A stretch of DNA of 64,000 nucleotides from a virus (Duplodnaviria > Caudoviricetes), in the IMG/VR virus record IMGVR_UViG_3300027608_000010; one strand, written 5' to 3'. The translations under genes and the position numbers were made by a program. Each line of letters opens with the position of its first letter. Position 1 is the first letter of the stretch. Shown here piece after piece: positions 55,295 through 64,000 of this stretch. Under the pieces are notes generated by a model. It was given only the letters and a program-made list of their open reading frames with translations, had not been told where the DNA came from and ran no database searches.

Positions 55295-56596
55295 ATGGCA
55301 TTCAGTATTGATGGCCTTGTAAATGGCAATTTTGGCAAAGGCAAAGATGTCGTCAGCGGCGCCGTCAAAGATATTTTTGGAATAGATGTTGCTGCCGAAG
55401 CAGGGAATGCCGCAAAGGCATTCTTTGGTGGCGGCGAATACTTACGTGATGCTACTCATGCAAGTAAAACTTTTACTCCAAATAATTATGCTTATGCTCC
55501 CAAGTTTAAACATTTATTTCACGTATATTTTGATATAAACACTGCATTGACTGAAGTAGGTAATAATTGGCCGGAAGATGCTAATTTTAGTTTGAATGTA
55601 AAATCAATTCAACTACCTAAATTCAATTTTGAAACACATTCCTTAAATCAATATAACCGTAAACGTATTGTACAGACTAAAGTAAAATATGAGGCGGTAT
55701 CAATAAAATTCCATGATGATAATAGTAATCTAGTTAATAAATTATGGCATGCTTATTATACATATTACTATAAAGATGCCGCACAAGTTGATATAAATTC
55801 TTCTAGGACAGCAGGGGGATCTACCTCAGGAATAGGTAAACGCTATGAAGATAATAGAAATTTATATGATACTATTATTCCAAACAATGATGATTGGGGT
55901 TTTATCGGTGAGGGAAACCCATCGCTAACAACAACATCTGGTTTGCTAGGCAGTCCTAAAATTGCTTTTTTTAAATCTATAAACATCTTTGGATTTCATC
56001 AACATAATTTTATGATGTATAAATTGATAAATCCTATAATTTCATCATTTAACCACGATCAATATTCATATTCTGAAGCCGGCGTGATGGAAAATAATAT
56101 GACAATTGAATATGAAACTGTCAAATATTTTCAAGGAGCACTCAATGGCCAAAACCCCGGCGCTATTGTGTCGGGATTTGGTGATCCGGGACATTATGAT
56201 ACTAGACTTAGCCCTAATGGTAAAGCAGGGAGTAATGCAAGCATCCTTGGGCAAGGTGGCGCGGTTGATGCTATTGATGGTATCATAGATGATATTTCTA
56301 CTGGAAATTTTACTGGCGCAATACAAAAAGCAGGAACTGCATATAAAACATTTGATTTGAAAAATGGATTAGGTAAAACACTTAGCATTGCAAAAGGCGA
56401 GGCGGGCGGTATCATATCTAATAAAATAATGGCTCCTAGTAATAGGGGAGGATTTGATTTTCCTAGTGCCGCATCGTCAGGTATTAATAACGGAATTCAA
56501 AAAGGAGTTGATGTTGTTAAAGGAGCATTTACACGTGCCCCGGCTAAATCTCAACCTCAAGTTATTGGTCAAGGCCAGGATGCTAGGTACGACTAA
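55295..56596 (+). CDS. Tail-tube-fold baseplate protein (gp48/gp54-like)
   Basis: YAPKFKHLFHV...IQLPKF...NQYNRKRIVQTKVKY...IKFHDD tube-like motifs. Confidence 0.65.
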   Translation: MAFSIDGLVNGNFGKGKDVVSGAVKDIFGIDVAAEAGNAAKAFFGGGEYLRDATHASKTFTPNNYAYAPKFKHLFHVYFDINTALTEVGNNWPEDANFSLNVKSIQLPKFNFETHSLNQYNRKRIVQTKVKYEAVSIKFHDDNSNLVNKLWHAYYTYYYKDAAQVDINSSRTAGGSTSGIGKRYEDNRNLYDTIIPNNDDWGFIGEGNPSLTTTSGLLGSPKIAFFKSINIFGFHQHNFMMYKLINPIISSFNHDQYSYSEAGVMENNMTIEYETVKYFQGALNGQNPGAIVSGFGDPGHYDTRLSPNGKAGSNASILGQGGAVDAIDGIIDDISTGNFTGAIQKAGTAYKTFDLKNGLGKTLSIAKGEAGGIISNKIMAPSNRGGFDFPSAASSGINNGIQKGVDVVKGAFTRAPAKSQPQVIGQGQDARYD

Positions 56597-56617
56597 ATAC
56601 TAACCAAAACAGTATAG

Positions 56618-56625
56618 CATAAATA
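56618..56625 (+). promoter_or_regulatory. Late promoter CATAAATA
   Basis: Upstream of GAGG SD and ATG 56642. Confidence 0.55.
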
Positions 56626-56641
56626 TATCTACGAGGTAGAT

Positions 56642-57007
56642 ATGGCACAAATAATAGACGGACCACAAACACAATTAGATAGAACTGTTAAAATTTTTGA
56701 CAGCTACTATAATTTCACCGCTTCAGTTGGTGCCAATCAATATGAAATAGTTTTTTCATATTTTTTATCTGTTTGCAAAAGTAGAAATACTGCTAAAAAT
56801 TTCACAGCAATGTTGTTTAGAATTGCTTCTACTATTGATGAAAACCCAATGACATTATTAGATTATCTACAGGGTACTGGAGATAAAATGAAGGCTACAC
56901 GATTAATGGTTTATTATCTTAACAGTTTAAAAAGTAAAACTACATTATATGGTGTAAATGCAGAACCTACACCCAATGAATCAATTCAACGAAACATAGT
57001 AACGTAA
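56642..57007 (+). CDS. Hypothetical late protein
   Basis: 121 aa. Confidence 0.65.
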   Translation: MAQIIDGPQTQLDRTVKIFDSYYNFTASVGANQYEIVFSYFLSVCKSRNTAKNFTAMLFRIASTIDENPMTLLDYLQGTGDKMKATRLMVYYLNSLKSKTTLYGVNAEPTPNESIQRNIVT

Positions 57008-57444
57008 TGGCTAGTTTTGCACAGGGTATATATGAAGTACAGAATCCCGAGAAATATATAGGAAAACATAAACCTAGATATCGTAGTGGTTGGGAAATGA
57101 CTTTTATGATGTTTTGTGATAACAATAAGAACGTACTTAAGTGGGCTAGCGAAGCAATCAGTATCCCATACCGCCACCCATTAACTGGTAAGATGTCAAT
57201 GTACATACCCGACTTCTTTGTAGTGTATGCAAACAGACATGGAAAACAGATAGCAGAAGTTGTAGAAATCAAACCTAAAAAACAAAGTCTTATTGAAAGC
57301 AAAGTAGCTAGTGCTAGAGATAGGGCTATTGTCGCAGTCAATCATGCTAAATGGGTAGCAGCCAATGCTTATTGTAGACAGAATGGATTTGCTTTTCGGG
57401 TGGTTACAGAGGATGACCTTTTTCATCAGGGCCGTCGTAAGTAA
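57007..57444 (+). CDS. Head completion nuclease (T4 gp4/TnsA-like)
   Basis: YRSGWE..FM.FCD, WASE...IPY, YIPDF, EIKP, NHAKW..A. Confidence 0.88.
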   Translation: MASFAQGIYEVQNPEKYIGKHKPRYRSGWEMTFMMFCDNNKNVLKWASEAISIPYRHPLTGKMSMYIPDFFVVYANRHGKQIAEVVEIKPKKQSLIESKVASARDRAIVAVNHAKWVAANAYCRQNGFAFRVVTEDDLFHQGRRK

Positions 57445-57450
57445 TAAATA
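57443..57450 (+). promoter_or_regulatory. Late promoter AATAAATA
   Basis: Upstream of AGGA SD and ATG 57472. Confidence 0.5.
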
Positions 57451-57471
57451 TACTGTTATTTAGGATAGCAC

Positions 57472-57957
57472 ATGACAAAAAAGTTAGAAGAATTATTTGA
57501 ACTACCAATTGATGATGAGGTAAACAATCAAGTGTTTGAAAACACACAGGTTAGTTTTGTCACACAAGAAACATACGATACATTACAGAAAATTGAGATT
57601 GCTTTGCCCCAAGTTCGTGGGTTAGAAGCAAGCGATAATGAAATGGACGAACTTGCATCATTGGCTACTAGTAGCTATAAAGACTTGATGGATTTAGGTA
57701 TGCAAGTAGATAGTCGCTTTTCAGCCGAAATATTCAATAGTGCAAGCGGTATGTTAGGACATGCTATCACTGCTAAGACTGCAAAGATTAATAAGAAGTT
57801 AAAAATGCTTGATTTACAGTTAAAGAAAGCACAGTTAGATCAAAAAATTGCAAGTAAAACTGAAGAAATTGAGAATACCCCGTTAGGTGAGGGTAGTCTA
57901 GTTGACCGTAATGAGTTGCTAAAAACCATATTGGCAAACAAAAAAACGGATAATTGA
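57472..57957 (+). CDS. Probable terminase small subunit (gp16-like)
   Basis: Helical; DSRFSAEIF...MLDLQLKK resembles the gp16 EHPRA.EV...L..L.K pattern by eye. Confidence 0.45.
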   Translation: MTKKLEELFELPIDDEVNNQVFENTQVSFVTQETYDTLQKIEIALPQVRGLEASDNEMDELASLATSSYKDLMDLGMQVDSRFSAEIFNSASGMLGHAITAKTAKINKKLKMLDLQLKKAQLDQKIASKTEEIENTPLGEGSLVDRNELLKTILANKKTDN

Positions 57958-57963
57958 TAAATA
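57956..57963 (+). promoter_or_regulatory. Late promoter GATAAATA
   Basis: Upstream of AGGA SD and ATG 57983. Confidence 0.6.
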
Positions 57964-57982
57964 ATAGAATAGGAATAACATA

Positions 57983-58591
57983 ATGAAAACCCTTCGTCAT
58001 TACTTAATGGAAAGTGTTCGCACATACAACTACACGATTAAAATCTTGGGTGATGTAGAGAACAAAAACTTATTGAATATGTTTATACATAATCTAAGTA
58101 AATTTGATCCTGTAAAAATCAGTGATCCCAAAACAACTGTAATTCAAAAAAATCCTTATGGATTCCCACTTGAAGAAACGAATCAAAGTGTAATAATTAT
58201 TCAAGCTGAATTCAAATATCCAGCAACAGAACCGATGATTGTACAAATTGCACAACAATCAGGTCTAAGAAATATGATTCGTGCAGTAACAAAAGATTAC
58301 AATGACAGTATCAATGCTGAAAATGACAAATATGCTAATCAAGTGCAAGATGAAGAAAAGAAAGCATTATTAGATACACCTGAATTAGAAGATAACGGCA
58401 AACAAGCTAGCAAAGACTATGCTAATCAATATCTAGATAAAGTAATTCCAAAAGAATCAAGCATTGATATCCCTTATAATGCTAAGAAAACCCCAACAAT
58501 CAAGAACACAAGCAAAGATGGTATTCAAACAAAGAGTCCTTTTAGTAGTGTTAAGATGCCAGAAAGACCAGCAATCGGAGCACATAAATGA
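57983..58591 (+). CDS. Hypothetical late (probable head) protein
   Basis: Starts MKTLRHYLME|S, CTS-like. Confidence 0.65.
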   Translation: MKTLRHYLMESVRTYNYTIKILGDVENKNLLNMFIHNLSKFDPVKISDPKTTVIQKNPYGFPLEETNQSVIIIQAEFKYPATEPMIVQIAQQSGLRNMIRAVTKDYNDSINAENDKYANQVQDEEKKALLDTPELEDNGKQASKDYANQYLDKVIPKESSIDIPYNAKKTPTIKNTSKDGIQTKSPFSSVKMPERPAIGAHK

Positions 58592-58809
58592 TCGACTTTA
58601 CTTCTACCCAACTCAGTTGGATACTCATCGGGGCTTGCAGTATAGGCGGTACTGGTTACATGTCTGTGGATACTAAAATTAAAGAGTTAGATACCAGTGT
58701 ACAAATATCAAGTGCAAAAATGGATGACATGAAAACAAATATGTCTGAGTTACAAAAACAATTAACTCGCATGGAAGACAAACTAGATAGAAAACAAGGA
58801 TCAAAATAA
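58588..58809 (+). CDS. Small TM plus coiled-coil protein
   Basis: LSWILIGACSIGGTGY hydrophobic segment followed by heptads. Confidence 0.55.
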   Translation: MIDFTSTQLSWILIGACSIGGTGYMSVDTKIKELDTSVQISSAKMDDMKTNMSELQKQLTRMEDKLDRKQGSK

Positions 58810-61800
58810 TGGATTTTAAATCATTACTACAAACAATGGATAATATAAGTGAAACTGTACACAAAGCAGGTCCGGGCGGATATGGTAATCGTCATGGTAC
58901 AGAAACACAAACTGACCAATACGGTAAGCCGATTGGTAAAGTAAGTTTAGCTAAGATGGGTCCTAAAGATGATACACCTAAGAAACGTGGCGCACCTGTA
59001 AAGGCTGACAAGCCGTTGACAGGTAAAGATGATCCAAAAAATAAAAAAGTAGGTGACTTGTTTGGTCGCACTACCGGTGATGTACCAGCAGGTAAAAAAG
59101 GTACAAAAGTTTCTAAGATGGACGCCGCCGATAAGGAAGAAAAGAAAAAAGAAAAAACTGAAAAGAAAAGTTTAAAAGATTGGATTGAAGTATCTGAGCA
59201 CAATCAATTGAATGAAGAAGATGTTTCAGTCAAACCAATTCAAGCAAGTCAAATCATTGGTCAAGATGGTAAGTCAATGGGAACTGCTGATCCTGCAACT
59301 GCCAATGCTATTAAAGCGGCAGCTGAAAAAGGTACATTGAATTTGTCAGGTGATGATAGTAGTACTACTTCTAATAGCACTAGTTCACAACCAATGACTG
59401 AAAAATCTGACAAGCCAGTTAAAACTGACGCTTCAGCAGAAGGCAAGTATAAAGGCAAAAGTAAAAGCGAATTACTAAAAGCATTTAAGCATTTAAAGAA
59501 AACTGGACCTCATGAAAAAGATAGCACACAGTATAAAAACATGAAAGAATTAGCAGTTGCTATTCGTGCTAAGGGCGTCTCGGGTAAAGAAAAAGAAGAA
59601 CCGGTATCAGAAGGTGGGTACAGAGGTCGTGACGCTTACAGCCGAGACGAGTATTCGGCAACTACAGGCTTTGATAAGAAGGATTCTCAAGCATATCAAC
59701 AAGACGGTGGAGCCAATGATGAAGGTTGGGAAGATGAAAAACCTAAATATCCTAGAACATCTGATCGTATGAGACAAGCACAGCAACGCCATTATGGATT
59801 TAAACGCCCTAGTTCAGAATCTATTGGTGAAGGCGAAGGTAACTTTGAACAACAGGAAGAAGCGTATGTTGCCTGCATAGTGCAACATAACCGTTCAGGC
59901 CAAGCAGTTGTACAAAGAACAAAACCTATAAGTCGTGACCGAGCAGAAGAAGTAATTAAACATGCTCTTTCTAAAAATACATTTGTACACCCTCCATTCA
60001 TGACTATTTACCCAGCAAGTGCTGGTAAGTTAGACGGCTCAACTATTATGGCTCAATTTCCTGATATGAGTCAAGAAGCAGGTCCTGCTAATACTGGTAT
60101 GATGGAAGGTAAAGAAAAAACTAAGGCAAAAGACTTACCAGGTGATCAAGATGAATTAGATGTTGCACCACCAAAAGGTAAGTTAACTGGTGCAGACTTT
60201 AAAGCATTGTCAAAAAAGAAAAAAGTTAAAGAAGATCGTACTATGCAAATATTAGAAGGCATCAACTTTAAAGAATTAATGGCTTCAGCAGATTCAGAAG
60301 TACAAGAAATGTTGATTGAATTGCAAGATGATGTAGAGATGTTTAAAAAGACAGGTCACACATCTGAATTGATAGATTCATTCTTAAAAGTACATTTGCA
60401 TCACAGTAAAAAGAGAATTACAGATGAAGCCGCAGGCGCAGGACGTGGTTCAGTAAATCCACCGGCAGTTAATCCTTCAGCACCCTTGCCACCAGCAAGA
60501 TCCGCTGCACCAGGATGGGGCAGAGATGACTATAAACCTTTAGTACCTGACACCTCACCTAGACCAGCAATGGGCACCATCAAAGGTGGTGTATGGAATG
60601 CTGATCCTCCTAAGCCAGGTGAAAGAGGAGTACCCGTTCCAATGGATCCAGAAGGCGTTAAAGAAGGTAATTTTTTAAGTACATTAGGTCAATCTAATAA
60701 AACATTCGAAAGTAAAAAAATGAAAGATATTCAATTAGAAAACTGGGAAAAAGAATTAAATTCTTTACTAACTATCAATGAAGGCATTACTGTATCTACA
60801 AGTACTGGTCAACAAGGTTCACCTGACTCAGTTAGCGTTAATGCAACTGACGGAGATTCAGCAGAATTGTTACAAGTCCTACGTCAAGCTGGCTTAGGAG
60901 TGTTTGGTGGCGAAGAAGAACGTAGTAGTTACGGCTCACCAATGCACAGTCATGAACCAACAGGAGCTGGTTCTGAACCAGAAATGAGTCCAGCGGTAGT
61001 TGGAGACGGTGATGATATGATGGCATTGATTAAGAAAATGTCAGGTATACAAGATAGCGGCGATCAAGGAAGTGAAGAACCAGAAGGCGTTGCAGTAGTT
61101 GATTTTTCAAGTGAAGAAGGTTCAGAAGAAGATGATGAGCAAGCAAAACACGGTTCTGATGGTCATAGCCATGAAGAATCAGATGACGAAGGTGAAGAAA
61201 TTTCAGAATTAAGAGCAGAATATCCAGGTGGTAGCACAGATTTTAACACAGGTGAAGTTAAAACAACCGGAGCAACCAATGAAGATGAAATGGAAGAAGG
61301 TAATGCTTTTGGAAACGAAGTTCGCCAAAAGAAATCAGACAATATTCCTGATAGCCAACAACGCATCACAACAGGTGGACAAAATCTTCCAGTAAAAGAA
61401 GAAGGTCATCACCACGAAGAAGGTGGTACATGTAACGAATGCGGTATGTATGAAGCACGTTGTGTTTGTGAGCCGGGTAAAGAACAAGTTGAAGAAGAAC
61501 AACTAGATGAACTAAGTCCCAAGTTGATGCAAAAAGCGGTAAACAAATCAAACGCTATGATGAACAAGAGTTACCAAGATAAAGATCATAATGCCACAAC
61601 TGATTATGCAAATCAAAGTACTAGAATACAGCATGGCATGGATAAAAGAGCAGGTAAACCTACCGACTTCACTGGAAACAGTAACCATTACGTAAAAAAT
61701 GAACCAGGTGCTAATACAGCTAAAGGATCTCGTATGCCTGTTGGAATGGCAGAAGATTACGCAAACGAAGCTGGTCATGAAGAAATGGCTAGTTTAAAGC

Positions 61801-61946
61801 ATTTGTTAAACGTGGGCAATGATATGCACTACCCTAAAGAAAAACAATCTGTTGGCAATCCAACTAAAGTAACATATGAAACAAAGTTATTGAAAGATTC
61901 AACAAGTCTATTACACGACTTTAGAAAATTAAGCGGAATAAAATAA
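58809..61946 (+). CDS. Modular acidic polyprotein-like head protein (1045 aa)
   Basis: Many hydrophobic-X-E sites; MALIKKMSGI and terminal DFRKLSGIK helices; CNECG...CVC motif. Confidence 0.75.
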   Translation: MDFKSLLQTMDNISETVHKAGPGGYGNRHGTETQTDQYGKPIGKVSLAKMGPKDDTPKKRGAPVKADKPLTGKDDPKNKKVGDLFGRTTGDVPAGKKGTKVSKMDAADKEEKKKEKTEKKSLKDWIEVSEHNQLNEEDVSVKPIQASQIIGQDGKSMGTADPATANAIKAAAEKGTLNLSGDDSSTTSNSTSSQPMTEKSDKPVKTDASAEGKYKGKSKSELLKAFKHLKKTGPHEKDSTQYKNMKELAVAIRAKGVSGKEKEEPVSEGGYRGRDAYSRDEYSATTGFDKKDSQAYQQDGGANDEGWEDEKPKYPRTSDRMRQAQQRHYGFKRPSSESIGEGEGNFEQQEEAYVACIVQHNRSGQAVVQRTKPISRDRAEEVIKHALSKNTFVHPPFMTIYPASAGKLDGSTIMAQFPDMSQEAGPANTGMMEGKEKTKAKDLPGDQDELDVAPPKGKLTGADFKALSKKKKVKEDRTMQILEGINFKELMASADSEVQEMLIELQDDVEMFKKTGHTSELIDSFLKVHLHHSKKRITDEAAGAGRGSVNPPAVNPSAPLPPARSAAPGWGRDDYKPLVPDTSPRPAMGTIKGGVWNADPPKPGERGVPVPMDPEGVKEGNFLSTLGQSNKTFESKKMKDIQLENWEKELNSLLTINEGITVSTSTGQQGSPDSVSVNATDGDSAELLQVLRQAGLGVFGGEEERSSYGSPMHSHEPTGAGSEPEMSPAVVGDGDDMMALIKKMSGIQDSGDQGSEEPEGVAVVDFSSEEGSEEDDEQAKHGSDGHSHEESDDEGEEISELRAEYPGGSTDFNTGEVKTTGATNEDEMEEGNAFGNEVRQKKSDNIPDSQQRITTGGQNLPVKEEGHHHEEGGTCNECGMYEARCVCEPGKEQVEEEQLDELSPKLMQKAVNKSNAMMNKSYQDKDHNATTDYANQSTRIQHGMDKRAGKPTDFTGNSNHYVKNEPGANTAKGSRMPVGMAEDYANEAGHEEMASLKHLLNVGNDMHYPKEKQSVGNPTKVTYETKLLKDSTSLLHDFRKLSGIK

Positions 61947-61962
61947 TAAAAATCCGTACTTT

Positions 61963-61992
61963 AAATAGCTCGGTTCGCCGGGCTATTTTTTT
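61963..61992 (+). terminator. Intrinsic terminator with UUCG loop
   Basis: AAATAGCTCGG-TTCG-CCGGGCTATTT plus T-run. Confidence 0.8.
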
Positions 61993-62016
61993 GGTTCCAT
62001 CTTACTGATTAAAAAC

Positions 62017-62024
62017 GATAAATA
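62017..62024 (+). promoter_or_regulatory. Late promoter GATAAATA
   Basis: Upstream of AGGA SD and ATG 62044. Confidence 0.65.
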
Positions 62025-62043
62025 CATAATAAGGTAGGATAAA

Positions 62044-64000
62044 ATGGCACAACAAATTATAGATTTCGGCGCATTCCCAAATGACCCTGCTGCCGACCCA
62101 ATACGAGCAGCCTTTCAAAAAGTACAGAACAATTTTACGGATTTATATTCAACTACACTTACCACTGGTGTCACATCAGTAACAACTGGTCCCGGATTAA
62201 CACAAAATAGAACTACTGGGGCTGTTCTTGTAAGCGCAAATATAGCCAGTATCACAATACAAACTCAGAATGGATTATTAATTGGGGTTGGATCTCCTAC
62301 ATCAACATCTGCTACAATAACAAATTCTGCTACACCTTTTGTTATTGGTCTTTCTACACAGATATCAATTTCTAATGTTGTTGCAACCAGTGTCACCGGT
62401 ACATTAAGAACAGCATCCCAGCCGTATGTTACTAGTCTAGGTACTCTGGTATCATTAGGTGTTACTGGTAATGTCACTGCCTCTAACTTTTTAGGTAATC
62501 TAGTAGGCGGCACTATTTCAGGAACGGTAGCTGCGCCAGGAGCAAATACTCAGTTATTATTCAATAATAGAGGTAATATTGGGGCAGCCTCTAGATTAAC
62601 ATACTCTGGTACTTCATTACAAATGAACGGAGATTTTACTGTAATTAATGGTGGTGTTAGTGCTATTAATCTTACTGCCTCTGCCAACGTATATGGTCAA
62701 TATTTCATAGGTACTTTCTTAGGCCCGGCTTCAAATGCTTCAGTGGTTACTGGAGCTGCTCAGCCAGCAATTACGTCAGTTGGAACTCTTTCAAGTTTAC
62801 AGGTTTCCGGTACATTAAACGCACCTACTATTGCAGGTAACGTTACTGGTAATTTAGCCGGTAATGTTATTGGTAATCTAGCAGGAACAGCAGACAGATC
62901 AATACAGGTCACCGGGGCATCACAACCTAACATTACTAGTTTAGGAACGTTGACTATATTAAACGTTCAAGGTAATGCATCTATCGGTAATATTAGTGCT
63001 ACGTATATTGAAGGACAAGTAACATCTTCAAGTCAACCTAATATTAGAAAATTAGGATTGCTAGATGGATTAGCAGTTGAAGGTAACTTAACTAGTGGTA
63101 ATATTACATTAACTGGTAGAATGAGTGCATCACTAATGGATGTGACTACATTCACTGCCGCTACTATAGCTGCTACTAGTCTTGCTGGCAATCTAGCAGG
63201 AAATGTTGCCGGTGACTTAACGGGAAATGTTGCAGGTAATTTGACAGGAAATGTTGCAGGTACTTTAACAGGAAATGTTATTGGAAATGTTTCTGGTAAC
63301 ATGTCCGGCAATATGTCTGGAAACGTGTCTGGTAATATTTCTGGTAATATTTCTGGTAATATCTTTTTACCAGGAGCAACCACACAATTGGTATTCAATG
63401 ATAGTGGCATTGCCGGCGCACACACAGGTGCAACATATAATAAAACTACTGGATTGTTTAGCATTACTGCAAATATTTCAAGTGGCAATTTAAATTCAAC
63501 AGGTATAATATTTGCATCTGCGGCTGCTAACGTAGGAGATTTAATCAGTAGAGGTGATGCAAACGTTACTGGAAATGTAAACAGTGGCAATTTAATTACA
63601 AATGGATTATTAACCGTCACTGGCAATGCAACAGTAGGAAATATTTCAGCTAGAACGCTTAGTGGCAATATTGTAAGTGTTAGTGGTAACGTATCTGGAG
63701 CTAATTTAGTTGCAAGCGGGCTTGTCACTATTCAAGGAACAAGCGCAGAATCTCTTAAAACTTCAGGTGGTGCTAATATTAGTGGCACTACAATGCAAGA
63801 CGGTAGTGTAGTTACTGCAAACATAAACGTAACAACTAAACTAACAACATTAGATTTATCTGCAAGAGGAAATTTAGATGGCGCTAATCTAAGCACAAGT
63901 GGATTACTACAAGTTACTGGAAATGCAACAACAGGTAATTTAAACACAGGCATATTAATTACAACCGGTAATATTGTAGGCGGTATTGGTACAACTATCA
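62044..64000 (+). CDS. Long tail-fibre/baseplate protein (partial, runs off the window)
   Basis: Read manually and absent from the track because it has no stop: MAQQIIDFGAFPNDPAADPIRAAFQKVQNNF...; AAQP.ITS.GTL repeats; open in every stretch checked, including the last line. Confidence 0.8.
   Translation, partial: MAQQIIDFGAFPNDPAADPIRAAFQKVQNNFTDLYSTTLTTGVTSVTTGPGLTQNRTTGAVLVSANIASITIQTQNGLLIGVGSPTSTSATITNSATPFVIGLSTQISISNVVATSVTGTLRTASQPYVTSLGTLVSLGVTGNVTASNFLGNLVGGTISGTVAAPGANTQLLFNNRGNIGAASRLTYSGTSLQMNGDFTVINGGVSAINLTASANVYGQYFIGTFLGPASNASVVTGAAQPAITSVGTLSSLQVSGTLNAPTIAGNVTGNLAGNVIGNLAGTADRSIQVTGASQPNITSLGTLTILNVQGNASIGNISATYIEGQVTSSSQPNIRKLGLLDGLAVEGNLTSGNITLTGRMSASLMDVTTFTAATIAATSLAGNLAGNVAGDLTGNVAGNLTGNVAGTLTGNVIGNVSGNMSGNMSGNVSGNISGNISGNIFLPGATTQLVFNDSGIAGAHTGATYNKTTGLFSITANISSGNLNSTGIIFASAAANVGDLISRGDANVTGNVNSGNLITNGLLTVTGNATVGNISARTLSGNIVSVSGNVSGANLVASGLVTIQGTSAESLKTSGGANISGTTMQDGSVVTANINVTTKLTTLDLSARGNLDGANLSTSGLLQVTGNATTGNLNTGILITTGNIVGGIGTTI
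63187..63366 (+). repeat. 15 tandem 4-residue G-N-[VLIM]-[AST] repeats (12-nt period)
   Basis: GNLA GNVA GDLT GNVA GNLT GNVA GTLT GNVI GNVS GNMS GNMS GNVS GNIS GNIS GNIF. Confidence 0.85.

Noticed and set aside
58588-58809. Holin
   Set aside because: It has a single weak hydrophobic segment, no neighbouring endolysin, and sits in a head-gene context far from the spanins; left as hypothetical.
1106-63953. Many short antisense or alternate-frame ORFs in the supplied track (e.g. 1106, 2377, 9263, 17554, 36899, 58892, 63033)
   Set aside because: They lie wholly within better-supported genes, lack SD or promoter context, and have shadow-frame composition.
1-64000. CRISPR array, tRNA, rRNA or tmRNA
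   Set aside because: Intergenic gaps are all short (under about 170 nt once small ORFs are added). No regularly spaced repeat-spacer units or cloverleaf with T-loop GTTC were seen; all repeats found are in-frame coding repeats.
1-64000. Active stop-codon reassignment
   Set aside because: Standard-code ORFs are full length and tile the window with ATGA/TAATG overlaps; no gene is fragmented at TAG or TGA.

Overview
This window is a 64-kb internal fragment of a large, AT-rich, lytic dsDNA myophage distantly related to T4 (GC about 35% by eye, not computed). Coding is dense, with about 85 credible CDS, mostly on the + strand. The host is probably Gram-negative, given the two-component spanin and sigma70-type early promoters. 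Recognisable modules: an early MoxR AAA+/VWA/HExxH cluster; nucleotide metabolism (DHFR, ThyA, dNMP kinase, MazG-like, Nudix); spanins beside a signal-peptide-bearing non-specific nuclease; packaging (TerL, probable TerS, gp4-like nuclease); T4-type recombination and replication (gp32, UvsX, UvsY, UvsW, primase, gp41 helicase, gp62-like subunit, exonucleases); and neck/tail genes (gp13, gp14, gp15, gp18, gp19, tail fibre). More than 20 T4-late-like (G)ATAAATA boxes sit upstream of virion genes, and several lie only 4-5 nt from the ATG. The most unusual signals are four: (1) about 1000-aa polyprotein-like head proteins punctuated by hydrophobic-X-Glu sites, one built from unrelated modules joined by six copies of a conserved EQG[VM]AE[GAE] linker, alongside proteins with T4-like capsid-targeting N-termini and a shared LxxLxxL[SA]G helix; (2) an 11-member family of about 80-aa 'FxL[RK][WY]' paralogues, 9 of them in a translationally coupled array with dual-coding junctions; (3) a 197-aa miniature DnaE-type polymerase core coupled to a DEDDh exonuclease; (4) candidate structured RNA leaders. 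No tRNA, rRNA, CRISPR array, reverse transcriptase, integrase, intein or intron was recognised. All assignments come from motif recognition by eye; no database search was run.
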